Assembly: GCA_905203475.1 (NCBI GenBank)
Contig: CAJKWD010000003.1
Span: forward strand, 1 to 63,451
DNA: 63,451 nucleotides
Origin: an uncultured Acholeplasmataceae bacterium
GTDB taxonomy: Bacteria; Bacillota_I; Bacilli_A; RF39; UBA660
Direction: 5' to 3'
Shown: positions 37,169 to 46,954 of the stretch, piece by piece
How the letters are laid out: every line of letters starts with the position of its first letter
How positions within the stretch are numbered: position 1 is the first letter of the stretch
Notes under the pieces: generated by a model
The model's database searches: none
What the model was told of the DNA's origin: nothing
What the model saw: only the letters and a program-made list of their open reading frames with translations
Program-made: the position numbers and the translations under genes

Positions 37169-39361
37169 ATGAAACAAGTTATTTTGAAAATTGGGGGAAT
37201 GAGTTGTAGTGCTTGTTCTAACGGTTTGGAAAAATATTTAAATAAACAAGAAAAAATAGAGAGTGCAACTGTGAATTTAGTTCTTGCACAAGCAAAGATT
37301 GTATATGAAGATACACTATCTATTTCTGATATCGAACAGATGGTAGAAGATTCTGGATTTGAAAGTCTAGGTGTCTATGATCCAAAAAAAGAAGAGAAAG
37401 AACAAGGAATTCCTAAGTCATTTTATATCTTCTTAATTCTAGCACTCATTCTTTTATATATTTCTATGGCGCATATGGTTGGTCTTCCAACCTTAACATA
37501 TTTGAATATGGATTTATATCCTAAAGTATATGGAATTACTTTATTATTATTGACCATTCCATTTCTCTTTTATGGAAGAGATCTATTCCAAAGTGGTATC
37601 AAAAATATCATCCATAAAACACCAAATATGGATACTCTGGTTACCATTGGTGTCTTTAGTAGTTTTTTATATAGCTGTTACAGCTTATTACAGGTATTTT
37701 TAGTGGATACAAGTGCCGTTCATCATCTTTATTTTGAATCTGCTGCGATTGTTATTTTCTTTGTCAAAATGGGACGTTTATTAGATGATAGAAGTAAAGC
37801 AAAAACGAAAGAAGCAATTCAAGAATTAGTTCAAATAACACCTGAGAGCGCACTACTCTTAACGGAACATGGAGAACGAGAAGTAACCATTGATGAAGTG
37901 AAAGTAGGCGATATCTTAATTGTCAAACCAGGAATGAAATTAGCTGTTGATGGGGTTGTTACAAGTGGTAAGTCCCATGTTGATGAGTCCTTTGTGACAG
38001 GAGAATCAAAACCAGTCACAAAAGAAAAAGGAAGTTCTGTTGTGGCAGGAAGTATGAACTATGATGGATACTTAGAATATGAGGCAAAACGCATCGGAAA
38101 AGATTCCACAATATCAGAAATTGTTAATTTAGTCATCGAAGCAACCAATACCAAAGCCCCAATTGCTCGTATAGCCGATACCATCAGTGGTTATTTTGTC
38201 CCAGCCATTATTATTATTGCAATTTTAACCCTCTTTGGTTATTTATTACTTGGATATCCGTTATCAGAAGCAGTGATTTCTTTTGTAACCGTTTTAGTTG
38301 TTGCTTGTCCATGTGCTTTAGGACTTGCAACCCCACTAGCTATTGTCGTTAGTATGGGAACGAGTGCTAAACAAGGTATTTTAATTAAGACCAGTGAAAC
38401 ATTAGAAAATGCCCATAAAGTAGATAAAATTATCTTTGATAAAACAGGAACATTAACCTATGGAAATTTACGTATTTCACATATGGTTACGAATATGAAT
38501 GTACAGGAATTACTATCCATGGTTGGTAGTCTAGAAGAAAAATCAACACATCCGATTCGCAATGCTTTTCTTATAGAACTAGAACAACAACAGATTCATA
38601 AAAAAGAAGTAGAACAATTCCAAAATATCGCAGGAATTGGATTATCTGGTGTCATCGATGGTAAAGAAATTTATGTTGGAAATCAAAAACTATTTTCTAA
38701 ATTAAAAATAGAAGAAAAATACAAGCAAGAAAAAGAAACATGGACGAAGAAAGGAAATAGTTTAGTATATGTCTTTATTGAAAAGAAAGCAGTTGCTTTA
38801 TTTGGAGTATCAGATATTGTACGTGAAGATGCCAAAGAGACAATTCATACACTACAAGAAGAGGGTAAAGAAATTGTCATGTTAACCGGAGATGATGAAG
38901 TAACAGCTTCTGTCATTGCCAAAAAATTAGGAATTACGCATGTGATTGCTGGTGTCATGCCAAAAGAGAAAACAAAAATGATTCGCACATGGAAAGAGCA
39001 AAACGAAAAAGTGATGATGGTAGGGGATGGAATTAACGATGCACCATCTTTAAGTGAAGCAACGATTGGTGTTAGTATTCATAGTGGAACAGATATTGCC
39101 ATGAATTCTGCTGATGTTATTTTAATGAGAGATGATCTGAAAGGCCTCATAACACTATTAAAAATCAGTAAAAAGACTTATCGCAATATCAAACAGAACT
39201 TATTTTGGGCATTTTTCTATAATGCATTGATGATTCCAATTGCCATTGGATTTTTAAAACCACTCGGTATTACTATGAATCCAATGTTTGCAGGACTGGC
39301 CATGACGTTTAGTAGTTTGACTGTTATTTTAAATGCACTGCGTTTAAAACATATTTCATAG
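37169..39361 (+). CDS. copA: Copper-translocating P1B-type ATPase
   Basis: N-terminal HMA domain GMSCSAC, TGES, CPC ([11 protein letters not shown]), [15 protein letters not shown]. Confidence 0.92.
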   Translation: MKQVILKIGGMSCSACSNGLEKYLNKQEKIESATVNLVLAQAKIVYEDTLSISDIEQMVEDSGFESLGVYDPKKEEKEQGIPKSFYIFLILALILLYISMAHMVGLPTLTYLNMDLYPKVYGITLLLLTIPFLFYGRDLFQSGIKNIIHKTPNMDTLVTIGVFSSFLYSCYSLLQVFLVDTSAVHHLYFESAAIVIFFVKMGRLLDDRSKAKTKEAIQELVQITPESALLLTEHGEREVTIDEVKVGDILIVKPGMKLAVDGVVTSGKSHVDESFVTGESKPVTKEKGSSVVAGSMNYDGYLEYEAKRIGKDSTISEIVNLVIEATNTKAPIARIADTISGYFVPAIIIIAILTLFGYLLLGYPLSEAVISFVTVLVVACPCALGLATPLAIVVSMGTSAKQGILIKTSETLENAHKVDKIIFDKTGTLTYGNLRISHMVTNMNVQELLSMVGSLEEKSTHPIRNAFLIELEQQQIHKKEVEQFQNIAGIGLSGVIDGKEIYVGNQKLFSKLKIEEKYKQEKETWTKKGNSLVYVFIEKKAVALFGVSDIVREDAKETIHTLQEEGKEIVMLTGDDEVTASVIAKKLGITHVIAGVMPKEKTKMIRTWKEQNEKVMMVGDGINDAPSLSEATIGVSIHSGTDIAMNSADVILMRDDLKGLITLLKISKKTYRNIKQNLFWAFFYNALMIPIAIGFLKPLGITMNPMFAGLAMTFSSLTVILNALRLKHIS

Positions 39362-39375
39362 AAAGAGGGAATAAA

Positions 39376-40071
39376 ATGATAAAATTAGTATTAGTAAGAC
39401 ATGGACAAAGTATTTGGAATTTAGAAAATCGCTTTACTGGATGGACAGATGTTCCATTATCAGATCAAGGTATCAAAGAGGCCAAAGAAGCGGGAATGGT
39501 GTTAAAAGAAAAAGGATTTACATTTGATTTAGCATTCACTTCTGTTTTAAAAAGAGCCGAAGATACGCTAGATTATATATTAAAAGAGATGAATTTAAGT
39601 GATATTGAAATTCGTCACAGTTGGCGATTAAATGAAAGACATTATGGTGCTTTACAAGGGCTCAATAAAGATGATACAAAGAAGAAATACGGAGAAGAAC
39701 AAGTCAAGTTATGGAGACGTAGTGCAGATGTAAGACCCCCTGCTTTAACAAAAGAAGATGAACGTTATCCAGGACATGACCCCAAATACAAAGATTTAAC
39801 AGAAGAAGAATTACCGACAACAGAAAATTTAATCGACACGATAAACCGTGTTATTCATTATTGGAATACAGATATTAAACAAGAATTAGAAAATGGTAGA
39901 CAGGTAATTATAGTCGCTCATGGTAATAGTTTAAGAGGACTTATGAAGTATTTAGACAACATGAGTGATGAAGAAGTGATGAATTTAGAAATTGAAACAG
40001 GAAATCCCATTCTGTATGAATTACATGATGATTTAACACCAATTCGCCATTACTATTTAAAACAAAAATAA
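39376..40071 (+). CDS. gpmA: 2,3-bisphosphoglycerate-dependent phosphoglycerate mutase
   Basis: LVRHGQS.WN..N.FTGW.DV.LS, RHYG.LQG.NK, AHGNSLR. Confidence 0.93.
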   Translation: MIKLVLVRHGQSIWNLENRFTGWTDVPLSDQGIKEAKEAGMVLKEKGFTFDLAFTSVLKRAEDTLDYILKEMNLSDIEIRHSWRLNERHYGALQGLNKDDTKKKYGEEQVKLWRRSADVRPPALTKEDERYPGHDPKYKDLTEEELPTTENLIDTINRVIHYWNTDIKQELENGRQVIIVAHGNSLRGLMKYLDNMSDEEVMNLEIETGNPILYELHDDLTPIRHYYLKQK

Positions 40072-40168
40072 AAAAATATTTAATATCTATTAGGCAGTTT
40101 TAGCTGCCTTTTTTAGTTGCGTTCAATTATGTTTTTTGATATGATGAGAAAGTAGAAAGTAGGAACTT

Positions 40169-41401
40169 ATGAGAAAATATATCTGTATTTTTTTTACCAT
40201 TTTATGTTTTTTCCCAGCCGTAGTAATAGCTAGTGAAGTGCCTGAAATTTCATCGGAAGCAGCCGTTCTTTATCAGTTGAATGAAGATAAAGTAATCTAT
40301 GAGAAAAATAGTCATGAAAAACTAGCTCCAGCTAGTCTTACGAAAGTGATGACTGTATTGGTTGCTGTAGAAAAGATAGATCATTTAGATCAAAAAGTGA
40401 CTTTGACCGATGAAATGTTTCGAGGACTAAAAGAAGAAAATGCTTCAATTGCTGGTTTTTACGTAGGAGAAACGGTTACTTATCGTGATTTACTCTACGG
40501 TGCTTTATTTCCATCGGGAGGAGATGCGACGCAAGCTCTAGCCATTCTTCTTTATGATAATAAAGAAAATTTTGTTACCCGTATGAATGAAAAAGCAAAA
40601 GAGATTGGAATGAAAAATACGCATTTTGAAAATGAGACTGGCTTACCAGATGATAATCATTATTCCACGGCTTCTGATATGGCATTGCTTTTAAAAACAG
40701 CACTTCAAAACAAGGTATTTTATGAATTATTTACAACAAAAGAATATACAACGAGTAATGGAAAACATACTTGGATACCATCTTATTTAAAAACTGCAAA
40801 TACTTATGGAATTACAGTAGATTCTATTTTAGGAGGAAAAACAGGATTTACCAATGAGGCTGGATATTGTCTAGCTAGTATCGCAACCTATGATGATGTT
40901 GATTATTTACTTGTTACATTACATGCTCCTACTGATGGAAGTAGAGCAGGAGCTGTCATCAATAGTATGCGTATTTATAACTATTTTGGTACAAACTATG
41001 GATATACAACGATTGCCAAAAAGAATACACCCATCTATACTGTGAAGACGAAGAAGTATGCTGACAAAAAAGAAGTGACAGTGATACCACATGATGATAT
41101 TTCATATTATTTACCAAAAGAAATAGATCAATCACAATTGAAAATATCTTATGATGGAATCGAAGAAGCTGGTTATACAACTGAGAAAAATAATAAAGCG
41201 GGTACAATTACATATACTTATCAAGGAAACGTTTTAGGAAAAGTCCCAGTTTACTTTTCACAAGATGTTTCATTTGATACAATGTTTTTTCTAAAGTATA
41301 ATTGGTATTGGTTTGCTGGATGTTTTATTTTCATTGTAATTATAATTAAAATGACAAGAAAAAGACGTCGTAAAAAGAAGCATAAGAAAACACATAAATA
41401 A
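40169..41401 (+). CDS. D-alanyl-D-alanine carboxypeptidase (S11, PBP5-like)
   Basis: Signal peptide, SLTK (SxxK), KTGFT (KTG), C-terminal TM anchor and basic tail. Confidence 0.85.
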   Translation: MRKYICIFFTILCFFPAVVIASEVPEISSEAAVLYQLNEDKVIYEKNSHEKLAPASLTKVMTVLVAVEKIDHLDQKVTLTDEMFRGLKEENASIAGFYVGETVTYRDLLYGALFPSGGDATQALAILLYDNKENFVTRMNEKAKEIGMKNTHFENETGLPDDNHYSTASDMALLLKTALQNKVFYELFTTKEYTTSNGKHTWIPSYLKTANTYGITVDSILGGKTGFTNEAGYCLASIATYDDVDYLLVTLHAPTDGSRAGAVINSMRIYNYFGTNYGYTTIAKKNTPIYTVKTKKYADKKEVTVIPHDDISYYLPKEIDQSQLKISYDGIEEAGYTTEKNNKAGTITYTYQGNVLGKVPVYFSQDVSFDTMFFLKYNWYWFAGCFIFIVIIIKMTRKRRRKKKHKKTHK

Positions 41402-41453
41402 TTGTTTGAATATAGGATTTGTGTTATACTAACAGAAAAAAGAAGGGATGATT

Positions 41454-42056
41454 ATGAAATATTTAAATCGTATTTTAATTGTTTTGTTTGTTGTGATTGA
41501 TGGTTGGTATGTTTACGATCGAATTAGCCGTGGAGTTTATGATCGTTTAGAAATTGCACTTGCTGTGATTCCAGTTTTATTAGGACCGTGGTTGATTCAT
41601 AAAATATTACATTATCAAATGTCAGATACATTAAAATTTGTCTATTACTTATTTACATTTGCTTGTGTCATGTTAGGAAGTGTTTTAAATTTATATAATA
41701 TTCCGGAAACGATGTGGTTTGATAAAGTAACACACTTTATTTCTGGATTCTTAACTTCAATTGTCGCATTGATGTTAATAAAGTATGGAAAGGTATCTGT
41801 CAAAAGCAAGTGGTTTATTCCTGTATACATTGTTATATTTAGTGTTGGTGTAGCTGGTTGTTGGGAATTCTTAGAATATTTCATGGATATGATTACTGGT
41901 GGGGATACGCAACATGTTTTAACGACTGGAATCGATGATTCCATGGGAGATATGTTAGTAGCAACACTTGCAAGTATTATGTTTGCAATCTATTATTATT
42001 ATCAAGTTCATTTTGCTAAAACAAATAGAATTGAAACACTAGTAGATCATTTATAG
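41454..42056 (+). CDS. Polytopic membrane protein (possibly YjdF/DUF2238-like)
   Basis: Five or six TM helices and a DKV.HF.SGF pattern. Family assignment is tentative. Confidence 0.45.
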   Translation: MKYLNRILIVLFVVIDGWYVYDRISRGVYDRLEIALAVIPVLLGPWLIHKILHYQMSDTLKFVYYLFTFACVMLGSVLNLYNIPETMWFDKVTHFISGFLTSIVALMLIKYGKVSVKSKWFIPVYIVIFSVGVAGCWEFLEYFMDMITGGDTQHVLTTGIDDSMGDMLVATLASIMFAIYYYYQVHFAKTNRIETLVDHL

Positions 42057-42070
42057 AAAAGAGGAAGTAT

Positions 42071-42586
42071 ATGTTACAGATTAAAAAGAATATATTTCAA
42101 GTTCAATATATAGATATGAACTTTAGACAAAGAATATATGAAAAAGAAAGTATTGTCTCTATTATGATAGATATTTCATTTTATCCAAGAGAATTAGATG
42201 GTGAAATTGTGTCGGGAACTTTTTCTGTTTTAGTAGACACGAACCAAATTCATTGTTTACAAGATTTAGAAAACAAAACATTTGATCAAGAAGTAAAAGT
42301 ATCAGCGGCTATTTCCCGCAATGGCAGTTGGGAACACTACGATGCTTATGATGGAATCTTAACTTTTATGAATTTAGATCATAACCGTATTGATTTTCAT
42401 TTAGAAAGTAAGAAAAATGAATTAGAATTAGATGGCTGTGCTACCATCATTAGTTTATATTCTACAAGTAGTAATGAAGAAACTTTAAAACAAAATTTTC
42501 AAATGAGTGATTTTTATCCAACAGTGATTAAAAAGAACATACAAAATCGTGAAATATTAAAATACTATGTAAAAAATAAAGAATAG
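42071..42586 (+). CDS. Hypothetical protein
   Basis: ORF with GAGGAAG RBS. No recognised motif. Confidence 0.5.
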   Translation: MLQIKKNIFQVQYIDMNFRQRIYEKESIVSIMIDISFYPRELDGEIVSGTFSVLVDTNQIHCLQDLENKTFDQEVKVSAAISRNGSWEHYDAYDGILTFMNLDHNRIDFHLESKKNELELDGCATIISLYSTSSNEETLKQNFQMSDFYPTVIKKNIQNREILKYYVKNKE

Positions 42587-42602
42587 AAAAGTAGGTGTAA
42601 CT

Positions 42603-43229
42603 ATGAGTCAAAGAATGAAGAAAACATTATTGTTTGGTTCCATCGGATTATTTTTATTATTGACTCTGTTAGTAACATTGAAACTGACTACTTCCATTGA
42701 TACTGCTTTTTCTAAATGGGTATTTCAATTTCACAATCCTATTTTAACTTCTTTTTTTCGTTTTATTACTGATTTTGGATACGTGAAAATTTTACTTGTG
42801 TTATTAGTGATTATCCTGATTGTATTTCACAAGTATCGATTTGCTTATATTTTACCTATTCATGTGTTGTTTGTTGTATTTGTAAATATGATTTTAAAAA
42901 ATATTATCGATAGACCACGCCCAGACTTGATTCGTTTAATAGATGAAGTCGGATTTAGTTTTCCTTCTGGGCATGCTATGGTAACAATGGTGACATATGG
43001 TTATTTAATATATGTTGTTGATCATTATATAAAACAGAGATGGTTAAAATACACTTTGATTGGATTCCTTATTTTTATTATTCTATCAGTAGGAATATCA
43101 CGTATTTATTTAGGTGTTCATTATTTAACAGATGTATTGGCTGGATATAGTATTTCTTTATTTTATTTAATGATTGTAACCAAATTAAAAATATTTTCAC
43201 TAGGAGATGCACATGACAGTATGGATTGA
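42603..43229 (+). CDS. PAP2-family phosphatase
   Basis: K....RPRP, PSGH, SR...G.H...D motifs. Confidence 0.85.
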   Translation: MSQRMKKTLLFGSIGLFLLLTLLVTLKLTTSIDTAFSKWVFQFHNPILTSFFRFITDFGYVKILLVLLVIILIVFHKYRFAYILPIHVLFVVFVNMILKNIIDRPRPDLIRLIDEVGFSFPSGHAMVTMVTYGYLIYVVDHYIKQRWLKYTLIGFLIFIILSVGISRIYLGVHYLTDVLAGYSISLFYLMIVTKLKIFSLGDAHDSMD

Positions 43230-43647
43230 TGGTGATGCTTGTCCTGATATCTCTGATATTCTTGACCTATGTCATAAGTATCAAACACCTGTATGTATTG
43301 TATGTGATGATTCTCATGAGTTTCAAAATGTAGATGAAGTGACAGTAGTTAGTACAGGATTTCAAAGCGCTGATATGTATTTATTAAATCATATTGATAA
43401 TCGTGATTTTGTGATTACAGGGGATTATGGAATTGCTACAATTGCACTTTCTAAACAATGTATAGTATTACATCCGAATGGTAATTTTTATACTCAGGAT
43501 ACGATTGATCAATTATTGTATCAAAGACATGTATATAGTAAAATGAGACGGCAAAATCAGAAAACACCACATAGTAAAAAACGTAGTGCTGCTGTTCGCT
43601 TTCATTTTTTAGAACAAGTAGAATCTGTTTTACAGACAAGTAGGTGA
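43213..43647 (+). CDS. YaiI/YqxD (UPF0178/DUF188) family protein
   Basis: N-terminal WIDGDACP and overall size. Confidence 0.7.
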   Translation: MTVWIDGDACPDISDILDLCHKYQTPVCIVCDDSHEFQNVDEVTVVSTGFQSADMYLLNHIDNRDFVITGDYGIATIALSKQCIVLHPNGNFYTQDTIDQLLYQRHVYSKMRRQNQKTPHSKKRSAAVRFHFLEQVESVLQTSR

Positions 43648-43648
43648 T

Positions 43649-45310
43649 ATGATGAAAACAGATATGGAAATTACAGAATCATATCAAGGGATTCCTATTT
43701 CTTCTTTAGCACAAAAATTAGGTGTAGCATCTTATTTTGAGCCTTATGGTAAATGGAAAGGGAAAATTGATTTATCAATTTATCATACATTAAAAGATAA
43801 GGAAGATGGAAAGCTTATTTTAGTTACTAGTACGTCTCCCACTCCAATGGGAGAAGGGAAGACGACCATGGTAATTGGATTACACGATGCTCTTTGCCAG
43901 TTAGGATATCGTAGTCTAGCAACCTTAAGAGAGCCTTCTTTAGGTCCTGTTTTCGGAATTAAGGGAGGAGCTACTGGTGGAGGCTATGCCCAAGTGTATC
44001 CCATGGATGAAATAAATCTTCATTTTACAGGAGATATGCATGCGATTACAAGTGCCAATAACTTACTTTCGGCTGCGATTGATAATCATATATATCAAGG
44101 AAATGAACTTCATATTAACCCTGATAAAATTGTTCATCCTCGTTGTTTGGATATCAATGATCGTAATTTAAGAGAGATTGAAGTAGGGCTTGGTAAGCAA
44201 GGTGTTTGTCATCGAGAACACTTTGTTATTACAGTAGCAACTGAATTGATGGCTATTTTATGTCTATCTGATTCTCTTGCTGATTTAAAACGACGAATTG
44301 GAAATATGTTAATTGCCTATGATGTAGAAAATAATCCTGTTTATGTATCTGATTTACATGTAGAAGATGCGATGACAATTTTGTTAAAAGATGCTTTAAA
44401 ACCCAATTTAGTCCAAACTTTAGAAGAAAATCCAGTATTAATTCATGGAGGACCATTTGCCAATATTGCTCATGGTTGTAATTCGTTATTAGCAACGAAA
44501 TTAGCTTTAAAATTATCAGATTATGTAGTGACAGAAGCGGGTTTTGGCAGTGATTTAGGAGCAGAAAAGTTTTTAGATATCAAATGTCCAAAGGGAAATT
44601 TAAAACCGAATGTGATTGTTTTAAATATGACAATCCGTAGTATGAAATATCATGGTGGTATTTCTAAAGAGCAATTAGAACAAGAAAATCTAGAAGCTTT
44701 AGAAAAGGGAATGGCTAATTTAAAAGCTCATTTGGAAAATATGAAAAAATATACAAGCCACGTTGTTGTATGTATCAATCACTTTCCAACGGATACGAAA
44801 AAAGAACTATCTTTGGTAAAGAAAGTATTAGAATCATTATCGGTTCCATATGCTTGTTCTACGGCTTATCAAGAAGGAGGAAAAGGCTCTATTGAATTGG
44901 CTAAGAAGGTATTGCAATTATGTCAATTAGAACCTGATTTTCATCCTCTCTATGATATGAATTTATCTTTGAGGCAAAAGATAGAAACTGTGGTCAAAGA
45001 AATTTATCATGCTAAGGAAGTACATTATCAAAAAGGAGTAGTAGAAAAATTAAAAGAATATGAGAATATGGGGGCCATGTTAGAACCAGTTTGTATTGCA
45101 AAAACACAATATTCATTTAGTGATGATGCGACAAAACTGGGTGATCCACGTAACTTTAAAGTTGAAGTAAAAGATGTGAAATGGAATCGTGGGGCAGAAT
45201 TTGTAGTAGTATATATGGGAAATATTATGACAATGCCAGGACTTTCTAAAAAGCCTGCTATGACATCTATGCATATTACAAATGATGGTCATATTTCGGG
45301 GTTGTTTTAG
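43649..45310 (+). CDS. fhs: Formate-tetrahydrofolate ligase
   Basis: TPTP.GEGKTT P-loop, EPSLGP.FG.KGGA.GGGY, C-terminal MPGL. Confidence 0.95.
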   Translation: MMKTDMEITESYQGIPISSLAQKLGVASYFEPYGKWKGKIDLSIYHTLKDKEDGKLILVTSTSPTPMGEGKTTMVIGLHDALCQLGYRSLATLREPSLGPVFGIKGGATGGGYAQVYPMDEINLHFTGDMHAITSANNLLSAAIDNHIYQGNELHINPDKIVHPRCLDINDRNLREIEVGLGKQGVCHREHFVITVATELMAILCLSDSLADLKRRIGNMLIAYDVENNPVYVSDLHVEDAMTILLKDALKPNLVQTLEENPVLIHGGPFANIAHGCNSLLATKLALKLSDYVVTEAGFGSDLGAEKFLDIKCPKGNLKPNVIVLNMTIRSMKYHGGISKEQLEQENLEALEKGMANLKAHLENMKKYTSHVVVCINHFPTDTKKELSLVKKVLESLSVPYACSTAYQEGGKGSIELAKKVLQLCQLEPDFHPLYDMNLSLRQKIETVVKEIYHAKEVHYQKGVVEKLKEYENMGAMLEPVCIAKTQYSFSDDATKLGDPRNFKVEVKDVKWNRGAEFVVVYMGNIMTMPGLSKKPAMTSMHITNDGHISGLF

Positions 45311-45324
45311 AAAGGTTGAATGCT

Positions 45325-46194
45325 ATGAATGATAAAATATGGAATGAATTAGAGCATATTTTAGAATATACGAAAGAAGATATAGTTCATTTAATTATAA
45401 AGTTATATGAGTCTTCTAGTTATAAAGTGCCAATCATAAGAAGATCTATTTATTTAGAACAGGAAAACGCAGAACAATTATTTTTAGATTTTTTAAGAAC
45501 TAAATTAGGAGATTCTTATTATCAAATTGGTAAGGAAGCAATACAAAACCGTATTTTTCGAACAGAAAATGAAAAGGGTGAAAAATATACAAGGTCTGGG
45601 TTAGACGCTAGTCATGAATTTTATCAAATAGAATTAAATTATAATTTATCAGATGTTGTTACTTATGCTCATGAATATACTCATTATTTACAAACAAATG
45701 AGAATATTACTATATTTATGTTAGGAGAAACTATTCCTATTTTTATTGAGCAGTTAGCAACATTTTATTTGAAAGAGTTATTTCCTAATGAATCTCGTGT
45801 GTATTTGTGTGACTTTGAGCGCTATCAATGGAATAAAGAATATATAAATAACGAGTATGTTTGTCTCTGTGAAGAACATCTTTATACCCATTATTCTCTA
45901 TTAACGATGAGATATATTTTAGGATTATTAATTGCTTGTAAGTTATATCGTGATTATTTATTATCTCCTAAGAGATCATTAGAAGAAGCGAAAGCTTTCT
46001 TCCTGGCGATAGAACAAAATGATTTTGAAGAAGCAATGCATACTGTTGGATTAAATATTCACTATAAGAATCATAAGTTATATTATTCTGAAGATGTTGT
46101 AAGAGAGTTAATAGCAGTTTATCAGCAACATTATCAACAACTATTAAATGAGTATTATGAATTACGTGGTAAGCGTTTGAAATTCTGGAAATAA
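45325..46194 (+). CDS. Hypothetical protein with HExxH motif (possible zinc metallopeptidase fold)
   Basis: YAHEYTHYL, with a downstream Glu-containing segment. No signal peptide. Confidence 0.45.
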   Translation: MNDKIWNELEHILEYTKEDIVHLIIKLYESSSYKVPIIRRSIYLEQENAEQLFLDFLRTKLGDSYYQIGKEAIQNRIFRTENEKGEKYTRSGLDASHEFYQIELNYNLSDVVTYAHEYTHYLQTNENITIFMLGETIPIFIEQLATFYLKELFPNESRVYLCDFERYQWNKEYINNEYVCLCEEHLYTHYSLLTMRYILGLLIACKLYRDYLLSPKRSLEEAKAFFLAIEQNDFEEAMHTVGLNIHYKNHKLYYSEDVVRELIAVYQQHYQQLLNEYYELRGKRLKFWK

Positions 46195-46244
46195 AGAAGC
46201 ATATTTTGTTTCTTTTTTTGATTATGGGAAATTATGGGAAGCAA

Positions 46245-46298
46245 TTGACATATGACAACTTGTCATGTTAAAATGAACAAGTATGACAATTTGTCATA
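46245..46298 (+). promoter_or_regulatory. Promoter with two palindromic TetR-type operators
   Basis: TTGACA (46245-46250) and TAAAAT (46269-46274). O1 ATGACAA-c-TTGTCAT (46252-46266) lies inside the spacer. O2 TATGACAA-t-TTGTCATA (46282-46298) lies downstream. Confidence 0.65.
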
Positions 46299-46321
46299 TG
46301 CTAATAGAGTGAGGTGATATC

Positions 46322-46939
46322 ATGCCGACACAAACATTTTTTCATCTTCCAAAAGAAAAACAAAAAACACTATTAAAAGCAGCTATGAATGAGTTTACCC
46401 ATCATTCTTTTGCCCATGCTTCTATTAATCAAATTATTAAAGAAGCATCTATTCCAAGAGGCAGCTTTTATATGTATTTTCAGGATAAGGAAGATTTATA
46501 TTTTTATTTACTTGAACAATCACGTATCCGTTTTCAAAAACAACTTTTTATGATAATCGATGAAGAACATGGAGATTTGTTTTGTACTTTTGAACGACTG
46601 TTTGAATCTATCATTGATTATTGCTCTAAAAAAAGTCATCGTTTGTTTTTTAAACAAGTATTTGCTAATATCAATAGTCGTTCTGAAAAACGATTGTTTC
46701 CAGTAAAGACAAATGTTTTTGATCCTAAAAATACGCACAAATTATTTTTAGATAAAATTGATGTTCGCAAATTAAATGTTCAATGTGAAGAAGATTTAGA
46801 AGAAATAGTTGGTCTGTTGTTTGGTATGACACTTCATACACTTATCTCTTCTTTTGCTTTGGATAAGCAGAAAGAAGAGATTATGGTTTCTTATCGAAGA
46901 AAATTAACACTATTAAAGTATGGTATGGAAAAGAAATAG
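46322..46939 (+). CDS. TetR-family transcriptional regulator
   Basis: N-terminal HTH (ASINQIIKEASIPRGSFYMYF). Confidence 0.85.
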   Translation: MPTQTFFHLPKEKQKTLLKAAMNEFTHHSFAHASINQIIKEASIPRGSFYMYFQDKEDLYFYLLEQSRIRFQKQLFMIIDEEHGDLFCTFERLFESIIDYCSKKSHRLFFKQVFANINSRSEKRLFPVKTNVFDPKNTHKLFLDKIDVRKLNVQCEEDLEEIVGLLFGMTLHTLISSFALDKQKEEIMVSYRRKLTLLKYGMEKK

Positions 46940-46954
46940 AAAGGATTAGAGGTT

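Noticed and set aside
46221-46240. The tandem ATTATGGGAA x2 as a separate regulatory element
   Set aside because: Two copies of a 10-mer alone are insufficient evidence. It is mentioned only within the TetR operator finding.
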